Shown: in pieces, positions 41,330-54,433 of the stretch
How the letters are laid out: each line of letters starts with the position of its first letter
Numbering within the stretch: the first letter of the stretch is position 1
Source: Trichoplax adhaerens
Lineage: Eukaryota; Animalia; Placozoa
Direction: 5' to 3'
Assembly: GCF_000150275.1 (NCBI RefSeq)
Contig: NW_002060944.1
Location: 2,952,152 to 3,016,151, forward strand
DNA: 64,000 nucleotides
Notes under the pieces: generated by a model
Databases searched by the model: none
Seen by the model: only the letters and a program-made list of their open reading frames with translations
Told to the model about the DNA's origin: nothing
Position numbers and translations under genes: made by a program

Positions 41330-42025
41330 GGACAGTAGAGTACAGTACGTTTCAAAAATGCTCGCGCATACAGTACTGTACAGTACATACTGTACTGTAC
41401 TGACGTCAGTCTACAGTACTGTACTGTACAGTACATGGAACAAAATAAGGTCTCCAACATACTGTATCTCCGTGCTTGTTGTACAGTACTGTACTGTATA
41501 GTAGTGCAGTTGTAGTATATACAGTAGTACTGTATACTCAGTAACTCATTTAGGTACACTGTACAGTACAGTACAGTATGTACTTGTACTGTACGTACAG
41601 TACTGCAGTGCTGTAAGAGTGGACATGCACTGTACAGTACAGTACAGACAGACGTACAGTACAGTACAGTACAGGTACGTTTAAAAAATGCAAACGGTCC
41701 GTGAGATAAACAACATTGAATAAACTGGTGGATTGCGACATGTCGTAAGAGCGGATATTTCACCATTTCAACCGCTATATGAAAAAAAAATGCTTTTACG
41801 GAATGAGGGAATTCATTAATTATATTATAGAAGGTAAAAATAAAAGTACAGGCACATAGAGTATCACCAGCGATACTCAATGTACTGTACTCTACTGCAG
41901 GTTGTCGGGACTACGGAGAAGAGTGGCAGTACTGTAGTCTCGTACTGTACAGTACTGTACAGTAGTCAGATCAGTTGTGTTCGGCCACCGTTCATCTTGT
42001 ACTGTACAGTACAGTGTACAGTACA
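41330..42025. repeat. TACAG/CTGTA pentamer arrays in the divergent promoter region between the TOR1AIP-like and USP genes
   Basis: Dense degenerate runs of TACAG and CTGTA joined at TACAGTACTGTA palindromes, at about 41330-41680 and 41880-42025. Confidence 0.85.
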
Positions 42026-42268
42026 AGACATTGTGATTCAAGAGCTTCGGTCTGCATCGACTCACGCCACAGTGTAGTCTGTAAACAGCACAGGCGCAGA
42101 TTACTCATCTCTACTGAAGAAGTGTTGTATATCGCATCTTGGCCGATTGGTGTCCCCCATTAAAAGAAAATGGTTCAGCGCGCCGATTTCTAGTCCACCT
42201 AATCCACAAAGGATGACAGAGAGTCAAGTTGATTAAATCGGAACTGTTGATTTCAATTTTATACCCAA

Positions 42269-45200
42269 ATGCCGAGTAATTCCTGCCCTCATTCGCTCTA
42301 TATCGATAGAGATATTATCAATTATGTTGATCGATTGCCTACGGTGAGTATCCTTGGCAAGATTTGCATGGTAATTTGGAATCATAGGTCAAAGTTGCAC
42401 TCATGCCACTGCTGCTATTTCACGCGCAAATAGGAGGAGGGTGCTATTCAATCATGTAATCTGTATTCTAGCTAATCGATACCGTCTTATAACTTTAAAT
42501 TGCTTTCAAAGCATGACCATGGATTCTTTGGTAGTCGTTTCCAATTTTTGCATTGGGTTATGCTATCCCTGTACAATCTTATGCTATATACTGTACATCA
42601 CTAAAGTGCTATACTGTAGCGTATTGTTTCTACCAAGGTATCACTGACCGTCGGAGTCAGTTGGACCAACAGCTCATTTTGAAGAGAATAAAATGATGGT
42701 AGACAGGATTGTATCGTAGTCGATCAACTCTTTCTTTTCCATTGACTGTCTTTAACTTCGATAGAACGATAACAGTGACATGTAGGAGAATGCGATAGCT
42801 TCTATGCTGAAGATTGAAGTCATTATTGTTGATTTTAGATTTGATGTGCCAGTGATAAAACGTCTTTTCGCTAGTGAATTATCGTAGGCGACTTACGTTA
42901 AAGTCAATCCTGCCTTACCTTGTTTCCTTTGCAGTCGACTTCATCAAGGACTTTCTCCAGTGCGATCGATAGCAGATCAATACAGACTTCATAGTATATT
43001 ATCAAAATTTTCACTGTAGCTATAATAAATTCATCTCCTACATCTGTAGATACAATATATATATATATATATACATCTTGAGTAGTTGAGATTACTATTT
43101 GAAAGCAACATATGCATAGATAATCTTCAATTTGCAAATTGCTATGTAAACAGCATCGGATAAAATGCACAGTACTCATCGTTGTATAGCGCACAAAATC
43201 TGGCCAAATTGAAAATTAAACTTCCAAACATATCTTACCATGATACTGTTAACCTATTGACAAGTTCTTTTTATTCAAATCTTTAGTTATAAAAGGCATT
43301 ATCGATTTCTTTTTCGAACTCGATTGCATTGTTATAGCAAAAAGTGTTTAGTAGTCTATGTATGTAGTAGGTATATGACGTTTCAGAAAGGTTGTTATGC
43401 TAGCATCATTCACTCGTTACTAGTATTTGCTTACCAAGGTTTCTCTTACTATCACTCTTACAATGAAGTTATCATAACTGGATCTCAATCTTTACATAGT
43501 ACACTGAATAGACTCTTTTGAAAAATAGGAAAAAAATAGATTCACAGTATATTCAAGTACAATTTTTCTCCTTATAGGAATCGCTAAGTTGTTCATTCTG
43601 TCAAGAAAAGGAATGTAAACTGCTATTATGCGCAAAGGCAAGTAAATTAGCATAATACACCTATTCGATATTGAAGGATGTCTTTATCTATCCCTTTCCA
43701 AGGGTCAATATATAACATATATATATATGTCATCATACAGTAATTGAGATACTATATGTATTCTGACAACAATTACAGTATCTTGTACTTTAATAAGATT
43801 ACTCATTCGAATTAACCTGTAATGTATTGTAGTTATAGTTCGCATGTAGATCTTACAAACAAATGTCTATTATTCACTAGTTTCAATTCTAATGGTGTAA
43901 CTGCATGCTTGACAGATACGGCACATTTTAATTATAGCTAGTACTGTAAACTGGGCTTATCCCGGCGCGACACTACATTAGTGTAGCTTTAATGTGGCCT
44001 TACTCCAAGAATTGATCATGTTAGTGCAATACACCGTATTTTCTAGCAGTACAGAATTTCTACTACATCGTATCTCGTAAGGAAACCAAACTGTTGTTGG
44101 TCCCTAAACTTATGCATACGAATAGAACGATATCTTACGCTATAATCGGCTCTTATCTTGAAAATGCGACTGTAGGTTGGATGCGGTTACGTTGGTTGCG
44201 ATATCAACAGTGCTAAACATTGTCAACGACATGCTGAGGTAAGCCACTATCTAACGGTCTATCATATCAATTCAAGATTAACTATTCTTTACTTAACTAT
44301 CGATCGTTCATATCATCCGTGTTACTTTGGTAATTATATAGACCCTATCATTTCTTTGTTGTACTGTTTGATTGTTACAACATATTTGTCTTAACTCATA
44401 CTAGGGGATAGTTTATAAAAGCAATTAAGACTTGATTGTTATTACAATAGAAGACAAAAGTTAAAATTGATCTACTCATTGGTTAATTACTTTAGGAAGT
44501 AGGGCATGCTATATTTCTCCATCTACCAACTAAGAGGTCATGGTGTTTCCATTGCCACTGTGAAGTCACTTCCATTTTTGAACAAGAAGAAATGGATGCA
44601 GATGAAGAAGGCGATAGTGATGTCAGCTATGATGATAACGATATTGATGACGATTCAATGGATTATGACCCTCCGGTTAACTATTCGCATAGACCCAAGC
44701 AACCGCCTTTAATCGTTGAAGACAAGGTAGAACACCAGTATATTATCTTTAAGATTATTAATGTAGTGTACTACTGTAGCTACAGTTAACCAGTATTACC
44801 GCGTATCTATAAAGGAATGCATAGGTCATAATAATAACTATTCACTTCTTACATATCAACTGAATTACTGACTTTTTTGCTTATTTTTTACAGACTTTAG
44901 ATAATATATCTCAGAGTTCAAAGTCATCAGAAAGTCTTGATGATATCGGCCAACTAAAGCCAAGAGGTAATTTAAATGTAGAATCAGTTGTTTCTATAGT
45001 CATCCTACAGTCTACCTTGTGTCTATAATGTAATGATTTGCTGCTTAAATAATCAACTCTATTTATACAATATTTGTGTCAAATTCAAGGCTTATGTGGG
45101 CTATCTAATCTTGGCAATACATGCTACATAAGTGCAGCATTACAGGCAATGTCAAATTGGTACAAACAATATCTTTATTTTCTATCCATACTTATTTGTG

Positions 45201-48200
45201 TAAATTGTTAATTATTAAAATGTTTCTAATTCAAATACAGCGTACCTTTGACGCAGTACTGCTTAGAATGCGAAAAATATATTGCCAGAATTCCAGTTGA
45301 CTCAATTGCTAAACGCTATTGTAAGCTTATTCAAGATATGTGGAGCAAGAAAAGGTATGCACACGTATATTTAAATGTACGGTGTACTTTTAATAAACGC
45401 TAATTTGCAATACTATCGCCATATGAAGTGATCTTGTCTTATGTTTAGCTCATTATTCATTAGGGCTTGTAAATATTTATTTATGATACAAACTTGATTT
45501 AATGGATTTATTGTTATTAGAAACGATTATGTTACACCAACTGAATTTGTCCAATCTGTTAAAAAAGCCAACCCACTTTTTAGAGGTTCTTCACAACAGG
45601 TAAAATATTGCTTATTTTATAGCTTTTCTGTTATATAATTTCTTATAAACATTCCGCTTTTAAGAAATGCATCTGCCTTGTTATTTAAAGTTATAGAATA
45701 GATGTTAATTCATCAGCGTAATAAAGCTTTTCTTACTTTCTAGGACGCGCATGAGTTTTTACGTTGTATACTAAATCTTCTACACGAAGAAACTAAACTG
45801 CTAATAAGCGGTTTTAGCCTAGATGATGGAAAATCAAGTATTGATACGAATCGTGGTATAAGTGTAAAGCGAACCGCTACGGAAACTGATAAATTACCTA
45901 ATCCAGACAACCGCTTAGTAATCGCTATTAACAAGACGTGTAAAGACGATACTAATTCCAATAAGTCGAATGATACAAATGTGGTTCAAAAGTGTAAGGA
46001 TCTTATTGAAGAAGATTACGTTGAAGTGGTGCTTTCGGAGATTGAAAGTGAAAGCTCTGCATCCACTGGAGAAAAATTCTTACAAGACGAGGCTAAAAAG
46101 GAGAATGGTAAGCAAGATTCAGCGATCTGTACATATTATATTTAACATATTCATAATTAGTTTTTGTTCATAATACTGATTAATATACGGTACTGCTCTG
46201 TAAATTTATAGCCTCAGCACTTACTGGCACTTATTTATAATTATTTGCTTGCATAAGTAGAATTGTTTACTTACCGTAATTAAAAATATTTCAATACTGT
46301 AGCGAAAGATCCTCAGGATGAACTTAATATGGAAGAAATAAATAAACTTACAAATACAGAAAAAGAAAAGACAAAGAAAGTCACTAAAGTCACCGTGCCT
46401 TCAGATCTTCCTCGTCCAACTCCCGGTATTTATAAAATGTGCATATTGTTATCTTATTATTCCGAATAGTGATATTATACAAGACCGCCCTTAATCGTTT
46501 GTATAATAATAATATAAATTTTAAGCAAATCTTCTCTTTAATAAACTAGAAGCTCAAATCAAGTATCATAGTATTATTACGGATACTTTCGATGGAAGAA
46601 TCATAAGTTCAGTTAGATGTCTTTCATGTGATACGGTAAGTCAAGTTAATTATTAGAGATTATTCTATGGAGAATTCGATTTTTAAATATTAAACAATGC
46701 GTTAGATCTCTTACATCAAGATGAAGTTTTACACGAAATTGCTTATTTCTAGGTATCATCCAGGATAGAAAGTTTCCAAGATCTTTCTTTGCCAATTATT
46801 AGTAAATATCCCTGGTTCATTTTTACACATTTTCCGAAGTATGTAGCATATTGTTATTCGTACTACCAAGCTAATCAATGACTTTTTTGTGTAGGAAAAC
46901 GTGAATTGAGTACGGTGATTGGTAATCAATCTTATAATCCTTGTGCTGCGTTAGCAATTACTGCAGGAGAAGAAGAAAGAAGAGGGATGGTGGAAGCCAT
47001 ATGGGATTGGTTTAAAGGGTAATTTTTTTGTTAATTTTATTCTCGTATTATGTTTCGCCTGTTTAAATGTATCATAATCAAACACTAGCTGGATTTGGGG
47101 ATCGGTACCTTTGGAAGATTGTTTATCGACTTTTTTTGAAGAAGATGAATTAAAAGGTTAACAGTGAATCCGATAAAATTAATAGCTTGATATTACGGTG
47201 AAGTCATTTTCGGAATAATTTTAACTTATATTATTGATGTATTTGTAGGTGATAATATGTACAATTGCGAAAAATGTAAGAAGTAAGTATTATTGTCTCG
47301 ATTCATATTTTTCTTGCCATTTTTGTTGCTACTATCGCCGTAGTACAACACTTGGTTACTAAAATAAATCGTGCGTGAAGATGCACTGTTGTAGATTTTC
47401 GTTGGTTTCTATTTAAGCGTATTAACTGTACCCATATATTCAAAATATAGATTACGAAACGGCATTAAATATTCGAAGATCACCCACCTGCCAGAAATAT
47501 TATGCTTACATCTAAAAAGATTTAAGCATGATTCTTATTCTACGTCTAAAATAAATTGTTCTGTAAACTTTCCATTAACTGGATTGGAAATGAAATCCTT
47601 TTTAAATACTGGTATTACGATAACTTTATTAAATTTTTCAAAATTAATAAATATTTCAACTTTAAGTCTCATTAGTTTTAATAAAATCATTTTGTTTGTA
47701 GGCCATAAAATTCAGTCAACCACTTACGATTTAGTTGCCATAATCTCTCATCATGGAGCGGCCGGAGGTATGTAATGTGCATTTATTTTTTGATAACACT
47801 GTAGATAATTAACGACGAGAATCATAGTTATTATATAGATTTTGCTGCGCTGAGATATTAATATAGCATTATGTTACAGGAGGGCATTACGTTTGCTATG
47901 CTTTAAATTGTATTAACCATCGGTGGTATGAATATGACGATATAAATGTTACTGAAGGTAAGACTTTTCCGATATTTTATGTTTTAGTTCGAGTATCCAA
48001 TTATATTCGATGATAGGTCTTGAATTTAAATTTCCTACTTTTCTTTAATAGTTGCCGATGAATTTGTCTTAAGTGTGGAAGCGTATGTTCTATTCTATCG
48101 GTAAATATATTAATTTAATTGCTTAACCGCTCAGCTATGATAATTCCTTTAAGAATTACGGTATATCAACATTTTTTGTTTCATTCTTTGCTATCACGAA

Positions 48201-49623
48201 AGTAAATCGTCGACACCAATGCTCCAGAAAGATAGATCTAAGATTGCTGCACGTAATCGTTTGCAAGAGGTATTTCTACAATCCAGATCAATGTGATAGT
48301 ATTTACTTATAATTATCTGTAATACATACGCTTTAATGTTAAATTAGTCGAGCACCGATTTCGTATACATCTCGAAGCAATGGTATCAGGTGTTTTTATC
48401 TTGTTCAGAGCCAGGTTAGTTTGACGAATAATTGTATACAATTTGTTACCGCAAGCCCATCATGCATTAATGATTTTTTTAATACTTGAAATACTTAGGT
48501 CCTATTACGAATACAGATTTACTGTGTCCGCATGGAGGTAAGTACGAATTTTTATTGAAAATTTCGTTATTAGTTTTATTTCATGCAGTGTTAAAATTTA
48601 CTTTTTTTACTTCTTGATAGCTGCTTATTGTGCGAACCCTAAATTTGATGTCAACGATTTTGCGGTAAAGGTGCCCTTGCTGGTTTGGAATGAACTCCGT
48701 AATAAGTATGAAGCATAAAATTAACTGCATTAACTTTACAATTGCATCTAATGCATTGATTTCTAAGCATTTTGCTCTACTTAAAAGCTCGATTGAATAA
48801 ATAAGAAATCTGCAAACTTATAAAGTGTATAAATTACAATTATTGTTAGATATGGGGGTGGTCCTAAGATACAAGCGTCGATGGTTGAAACTTGTCAAAA
48901 GTGTCAGGTTAGGATTATCACTATTGCTAAATAACGAATTGTAAATGAAAAATTCGCAATAAGGATATAGTGCACACTTAATATTGATACCCTGTACAGC
49001 ATTTGGTGTTGTGATAGTTATATATCGCTTCTTATTTTAAATTATGTAGGAAATATATCAAACAAGAGAAGAAAAACGAAAAAAAGAAAATGAATACTTT
49101 ATGAAAGTATGAATTAGTTTAAATGATACTTTATCTACTGTTTGATAACCTTGTTAATGATGTTTAGTTAAAGGCTGCAAGTGAAAGGGATACTGCTAGG
49201 GAAGTTTCATATTGCATTAGTTATCAGTGGTTCCGTAAATGGCAAGGGTTTGTCAGATGTGAAACTTTAGGTAATTACTAAACGTCTACCGTATTGAAAG
49301 ATTAACAAATAGAATGAACGTTGTAGCTGCACTTTAAAATGTACGTTTTATTTATATGGAAATTCCTAATGTTTTTCACAGAGCCTCCAGGTCCTATATC
49401 CAACGAAACTATAGTCACTTTAACGAGTGATGGCAAGATACAATTGCGTACTGGTATAAACATATTTTAATTATTTTAGGCTGTTCTTTTACTCTCACTA
49501 GAATATCATCTAACTGTTATTTTACTTCAAGGTGCTGATTACGGTTATGTTTCTAAAGAAGCATGGCTTTATCTTTACGGTAGATATGGAGGAGGACCGG
49601 AAATTCCTCAGGATTGTGTATAA
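42269..49623 (+). CDS. USP20/USP33: Ubiquitin-specific protease USP20/USP33 family (ZnF-UBP, USP catalytic domain, two DUSP domains)
   Basis: N-terminal [27 protein letters not shown] zinc finger, Cys box [45 protein letters not shown], His box [14 protein letters not shown] with WYEYDD, and two DUSP signatures (PGPI.N, YGGGP). TAA at 49621-49623. Confidence 0.93.
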
Positions 49624-50082
49624 CATATAAATAAATTAATACCGCTTAATTTGTTCATCGAATTGTAACATATGTAAAGTCTGCAGGGTGTTGGTTTTTT
49701 ACATCCTGTTATTTAGCAAAATTTGATCAATTTAGTTACATTGCTATTGAGTCAACAAGAAGCGACCAATAGTACGGTATTGATATATTTTATTTACTAA
49801 ATGCTATAGAAAGCAATGATCGAAAATGCTTTTGTTATAAAAGGCAATCATTAATATTATACGTAATGAAGAAATGATACATATAAAATATATATATAAA
49901 AGAGTGCGCCGTATATGTATACGGCTTATGTATATGCAATATGAATAAAGCAAAATCTTATGGCTGTTTCTGTTGCCTTAAAAGAGAACAAATAGGACTG
50001 CACGTGATTTATAGGTTTTTACACATATATTAACCATTATTACTACAATCGCGTTGAATCTTAATGCTGTACACTCAAAAAA

Positions 50083-52539
50083 TTATTCACGTAATTTAGA
50101 TTTTACTTCCTTTATTAGTTGATCCAATTTTTCTCTTAGATTGTTGGAAGCGGTCGATTCAACTGGAAGCTACAAAGTAATCATATTTAACACATCAATA
50201 AAATCGAAGTGTCGCATTAACAGAACTTTGAGTTGTTTAACTACGAAATACCTCTCTAGTCTCCACAAATGATCTACCTAAGAAAGAGCATCGACTGAAA
50301 TATTTGCATTTGTATTCAAGCTTGGTTGGAACTTGATTGTAGAGCCATTGCTAAATTGCATGCAATACACGTATAAAGCACCATACCGTTAGTATAATAG
50401 ATTCCGTTGGACCAATTTTAAAAATGCAAAACACCACGTATATTCCGTGATCACAGCTACAATTAGTTTCTTATTGGTAGGTACTTACCAATGCTGTACA
50501 ACCATTTGCAGCAGTGATGTTCAGATTGGATACGCACATTCTCAACTACGAATAGAGAATTTAAGATAAGTGATATCCGCTTGACTCTTGTGTGTAAGCA
50601 CTTTTACAATCTTCCATTTTAGCCTTCGTTATTATTTTTTTGACAAAATAACATGAAAATTTGACTTACAAGAGCGATAATAGGATAGAGCAGATACCAA
50701 GAGTTGGGGGACATAATTCCATACGTTAAATTCGTCATTACCAGTCCAGGGCAAGTTACGTGAGAATAGATACCCTACATACGTTGTAATGAGTGGTTGA
50801 AAGATTTATGTACATGTTGTGATAATCCTGTAGTAATATCATCTATAGTTTTTATACTAGAAACTAAATCGCTTAATTAACCAATACAATACTTTATCAT
50901 ATGCACGGTCAACTAACCTTAGAATTCAATTTCTCATTTAGACTAACGTTTAATAAATCGATAGCATGCTTCGATGAACCATATGGGTCTTTCCTATTCA
51001 ATTATGAACATATTATCGTTAACTGCAAGGACTAAGAATCTACTGCGTAAAAATTACCTTTTACAGTCTATAATTTAAAGTATGAGAAAAAGCTAATCAA
51101 TTTACCTTACCCGTTTACGTGTTGCATATTATCTAGTGAAAACGAAGCGCGATTTGCAGCACTGGAAGAAGTCCATACAATATGAGTCATTTTGTTGCTA
51201 GCTGCTAAGTAGTCTTCTAACTCACTAATCTGCAACAACAAATTGAAATTGCTGTTTTAATTTTGTCATCATGACAATAAATCGATTCTTGAAGCTAATA
51301 TGATGATGTCAAAAAATTAGTGTAAAATTGCTGTAATATGTTATTAACCAGTAAATAATGGCCAAACAAATTGGTTGCGAAGACAGATTGCAGGCCATCG
51401 TTTGTAACGCTATCATTCTGGATAATGAGGCCTTCGCCAGTTGTAAACATGTTAATGAAGGAGCTAGAAAGAGATCAATAAATGAGGGATTAGAATATTT
51501 AAGTGAAAGCAATATGATCATGTTTTTAGATTAGACTGTCAAGTGTTAGCTGCGCATACGATTACAAACCTGAAGGACCTGAAACCGCTTACGAAATGGG
51601 ACCAATCAAACTGTGTTATAGGCATAATGCCAGCATTTAGAAATAGGTGATTTAAGTAACTGTATCTAAAGGAAAGGAATGAGTAAAAACCCTTCAATTA
51701 GAATAATCATTCAATAGATTATACGCGTATACTGTGTTCGTATCAATCAATCGAGTTTGTACAGATCATCCACTGCAGAAAATACCGCATAGTGTAATCG
51801 GCTCATGTTATATACCTGTATATTGTCAGTATGATAATTTCTAATAAAGTTATCTATACAGTACTACAGTACATCACGAGGTAAAGTGTTCTCAGACTCA
51901 GATTAGGTACGTATTTATGAAAGATAAATGATGTCAGTCTGCCTTACTTAGATTCTGGCGGAGTATGCACTAGTTATTGCTTTCCTACCTTCTTTTAATC
52001 TCTTCGGCTACAGCTATCACAGATTTCGCATCGCTTGTAACTAAAGTTAAAATATCAACTTTTGCTGTGCTGCATAGTGACATTAGCATTTCTTTCGTTG
52101 CATTGGCTTTCTTTATATTTCTACAAGCTAAGCAAATGGTGATTCTGTCCTGAAATTCGCTGACTAATTGTCGCGCAAGTTCTTGACCGATTCCGCTAGA
52201 TTTAAAAGTCATCGATAAAGTGAGTGAGGAGACGGATTAGAGGTAGACTGAAGTGAGTTTCGTATTACTGTTTATTGCACTATACTTATTCAGGCAAATA
52301 CACTTGACATATTCATGCAGTGGTCTATAATACTGAAGATATTATCACTTTTGGAAGCATTGCATCAGAAAGCAGCTAAATAATGTTGGCGTAGCATGCA
52401 AAGAATAATGTACTCGTATAACAGGAGGCCTGGGTAAGGTAATCATGATGGAATGTAGGAATTGTTGTTCTATTCTATAATAACTTTACACTTACGCAGT
52501 AGCACCGGTTATTAAGACGATATCTCCTTCATGATTCAT
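50083..52539 (-). CDS. HSD17B7: 3-keto-steroid reductase / 17-beta-hydroxysteroid dehydrogenase 7
   Basis: [12 protein letters not shown] (SDR TGxxxGxG), [43 protein letters not shown] (YxxxK) and [10 protein letters not shown], collinear with the human HSD17B7 sequence as recalled. Confidence 0.9.
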
Positions 52540-52687
52540 GGTGGGTTAGCTAGGAATATTTCTCTGGATAATCCTCAGTTTTTGAGGAGGTCAGCAGTCA
52601 GCACTTACTCAGAAACTCCGAAGCTTGCTTTCTTTTGTACACCCAGTTACAGAACATCTGAACATGATATGGTATCATCGCACTGCC

Positions 52688-52771
52688 GTCCATCTGTCCG
52701 CAGCTTAACTAATTACTGTAATTAATTCCTGACGATAATTATAGAATTAATTAAGCTATGGACAGATGGAC
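52688..52771. repeat. Imperfect inverted repeat with arms of about 36 bp upstream of HSD17B7
   Basis: Left arm GTCCATCTGTCCGCAGCTTAACTAATTACTGTAATTA versus reverse complement of the right arm GTCCATCTGTCCATAGCTTAATTAATTCTATAATTA, with an 11-nt spacer. Confidence 0.85.
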
Positions 52772-53841
52772 TAACGTAATACAGTACAGTGGGCGGTCAC
52801 TGAAGGTTGCACCTCCCCCATTTTCTTATTAGAAGTCTCTGCTACAGTCAGCGACTCCTCCACCAAAAAGTTAAATTAAGTAATATTGAAGTCTATTCTA
52901 TTTTACTAATTTCTACTGGATAGCAGTTATATAAGGTTCTAAATGTTTTTAAATTAGTAGAAGTAATTGAGAAAAATAGACTCTGGAGATCCGTTAGTCT
53001 ATACTGTATGTGATATCAGTACCAAAGATCTGGTGTTGTGTTTTAACTGTAGTGTCCATTTACAGGCTTGCTTACAAGTAGCAAGTCCAGCACAGTATGT
53101 AGCTTGATCATGCAAATTATCGTAGTGAGTTTATAAATGTATTGATTTTCCTTTATTTTTTAAGAACATTTATGTCATCAAGCTATACTTTGCTTTCTTT
53201 TAATAAACAGAGGTATAAAACAGCACTGGTACGCGTCTGATGTCCATTGTACAGTACTGTATGTTGCTGGTTTATTCTGCAAGGCAAATTAGGGCTTACT
53301 GTTCACGATTTCTTGAGGAGTTTTTCAAATTGTCAATGCTTATGATAATACGGATAGAAATGTCAATAATTTGTTCGTGTTTTATCTCCTTCTTTTTCTC
53401 TGTCCGGGCTGTAGTCAAGAAGACTACAATATCAAGTGAAGAATCAACCAATTTCCAGTTCTAGAGAGTCGATATAGCGTAGTTGCCGTAGTTTGAATCT
53501 CACGCTATACGGTAATAATTCACTATCATCCATCTCGTCAAGATATTGGATTTATAGAAGACAATCCCTCGACTTTACTCCTCTATCACACCCCAATTCT
53601 CCTTGCCATGGCTCTCCGCCATGGCATTCAAGCTCCAATTTGATTCACTGCATCGTAGATACGGAAGCAAAGAAATTTTCAATCAATCAACTCATCCATA
53701 AAAGTAAATCATCCATCTTCCAGTTAATGCAGTTGGCCATCCAGAAATGATATACTGTACTACCAAATTGAGTGATGAGGAAATTGAGCTAGACTTACGT
53801 CTACTCTATTTCCATCCTCATTGTCCATGGCTATCCATTGA

Positions 53842-53917
53842 TTCATACAATTGTTATTTCTATCAATTATATCTATCATTTCTTCATACAATTGTTATTT
53901 TTATCAATCATATCTAG
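53842..53917. repeat. Short tandem duplication (period 42 bp)
   Basis: TTCATACAATTGTTATTT(C/T)TATCAAT(T/C)ATATCTA occurs twice. Confidence 0.85.
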
Positions 53918-54433
53918 TCTTGATTAACCCATCGATTGTTTGAAAGAGTCAGTCATCAATTGCTGACTGACACGTCAGCAATCATCCAGTGGTGACAACA
54001 ATAGTAGTGACAAGGTGAAATACTGACGGTACAAGGTGCGAACGTGACCCGGCATACAATGCAGTCGACAGTCAGGGAAGTTTGAGTTTGTTCCCTAGAG
54101 TGAACGTTGGGGCTGATGTGGACGATGGCAATCGATTTGTCTTGCCAATTGCATTGTGACGATTATCTCATACAGTAATTAGTATGCAACAATCAGTCAC
54201 TTCAACGTTACTACCCTACCGCTTGACCTAGAGTACAGTCCATTAATTAAGCCAATACTATATATACTGTATAATATATAGTGACTCAACGCTTGACCAA
54301 GTTAACCAATCGTCTCCATCGCTCAAAGCAGGTTGTCGGATCATCAAGAGTTCACATTATTATTATTAAATTGCAAGTTGGAAGTACCTTGTGATTGGAA
54401 ACATTCCAAAGTAGTACAAGTGGAATACAAAGA

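Noticed and set aside
41197-42163. Long ORFs rich in YCTV/QYS (also 29762-30070 and 12031-12279)
   Set aside because: Artefacts of translating TACAG/CTGTA repeats; no protein-like features.
1-52539. A sterol-metabolism gene cluster (GMC oxidases plus HSD17B7)
   Set aside because: Unrelated genes intervene, and nothing in the sequence shows that the GMCs act on sterols; proximity alone is insufficient.
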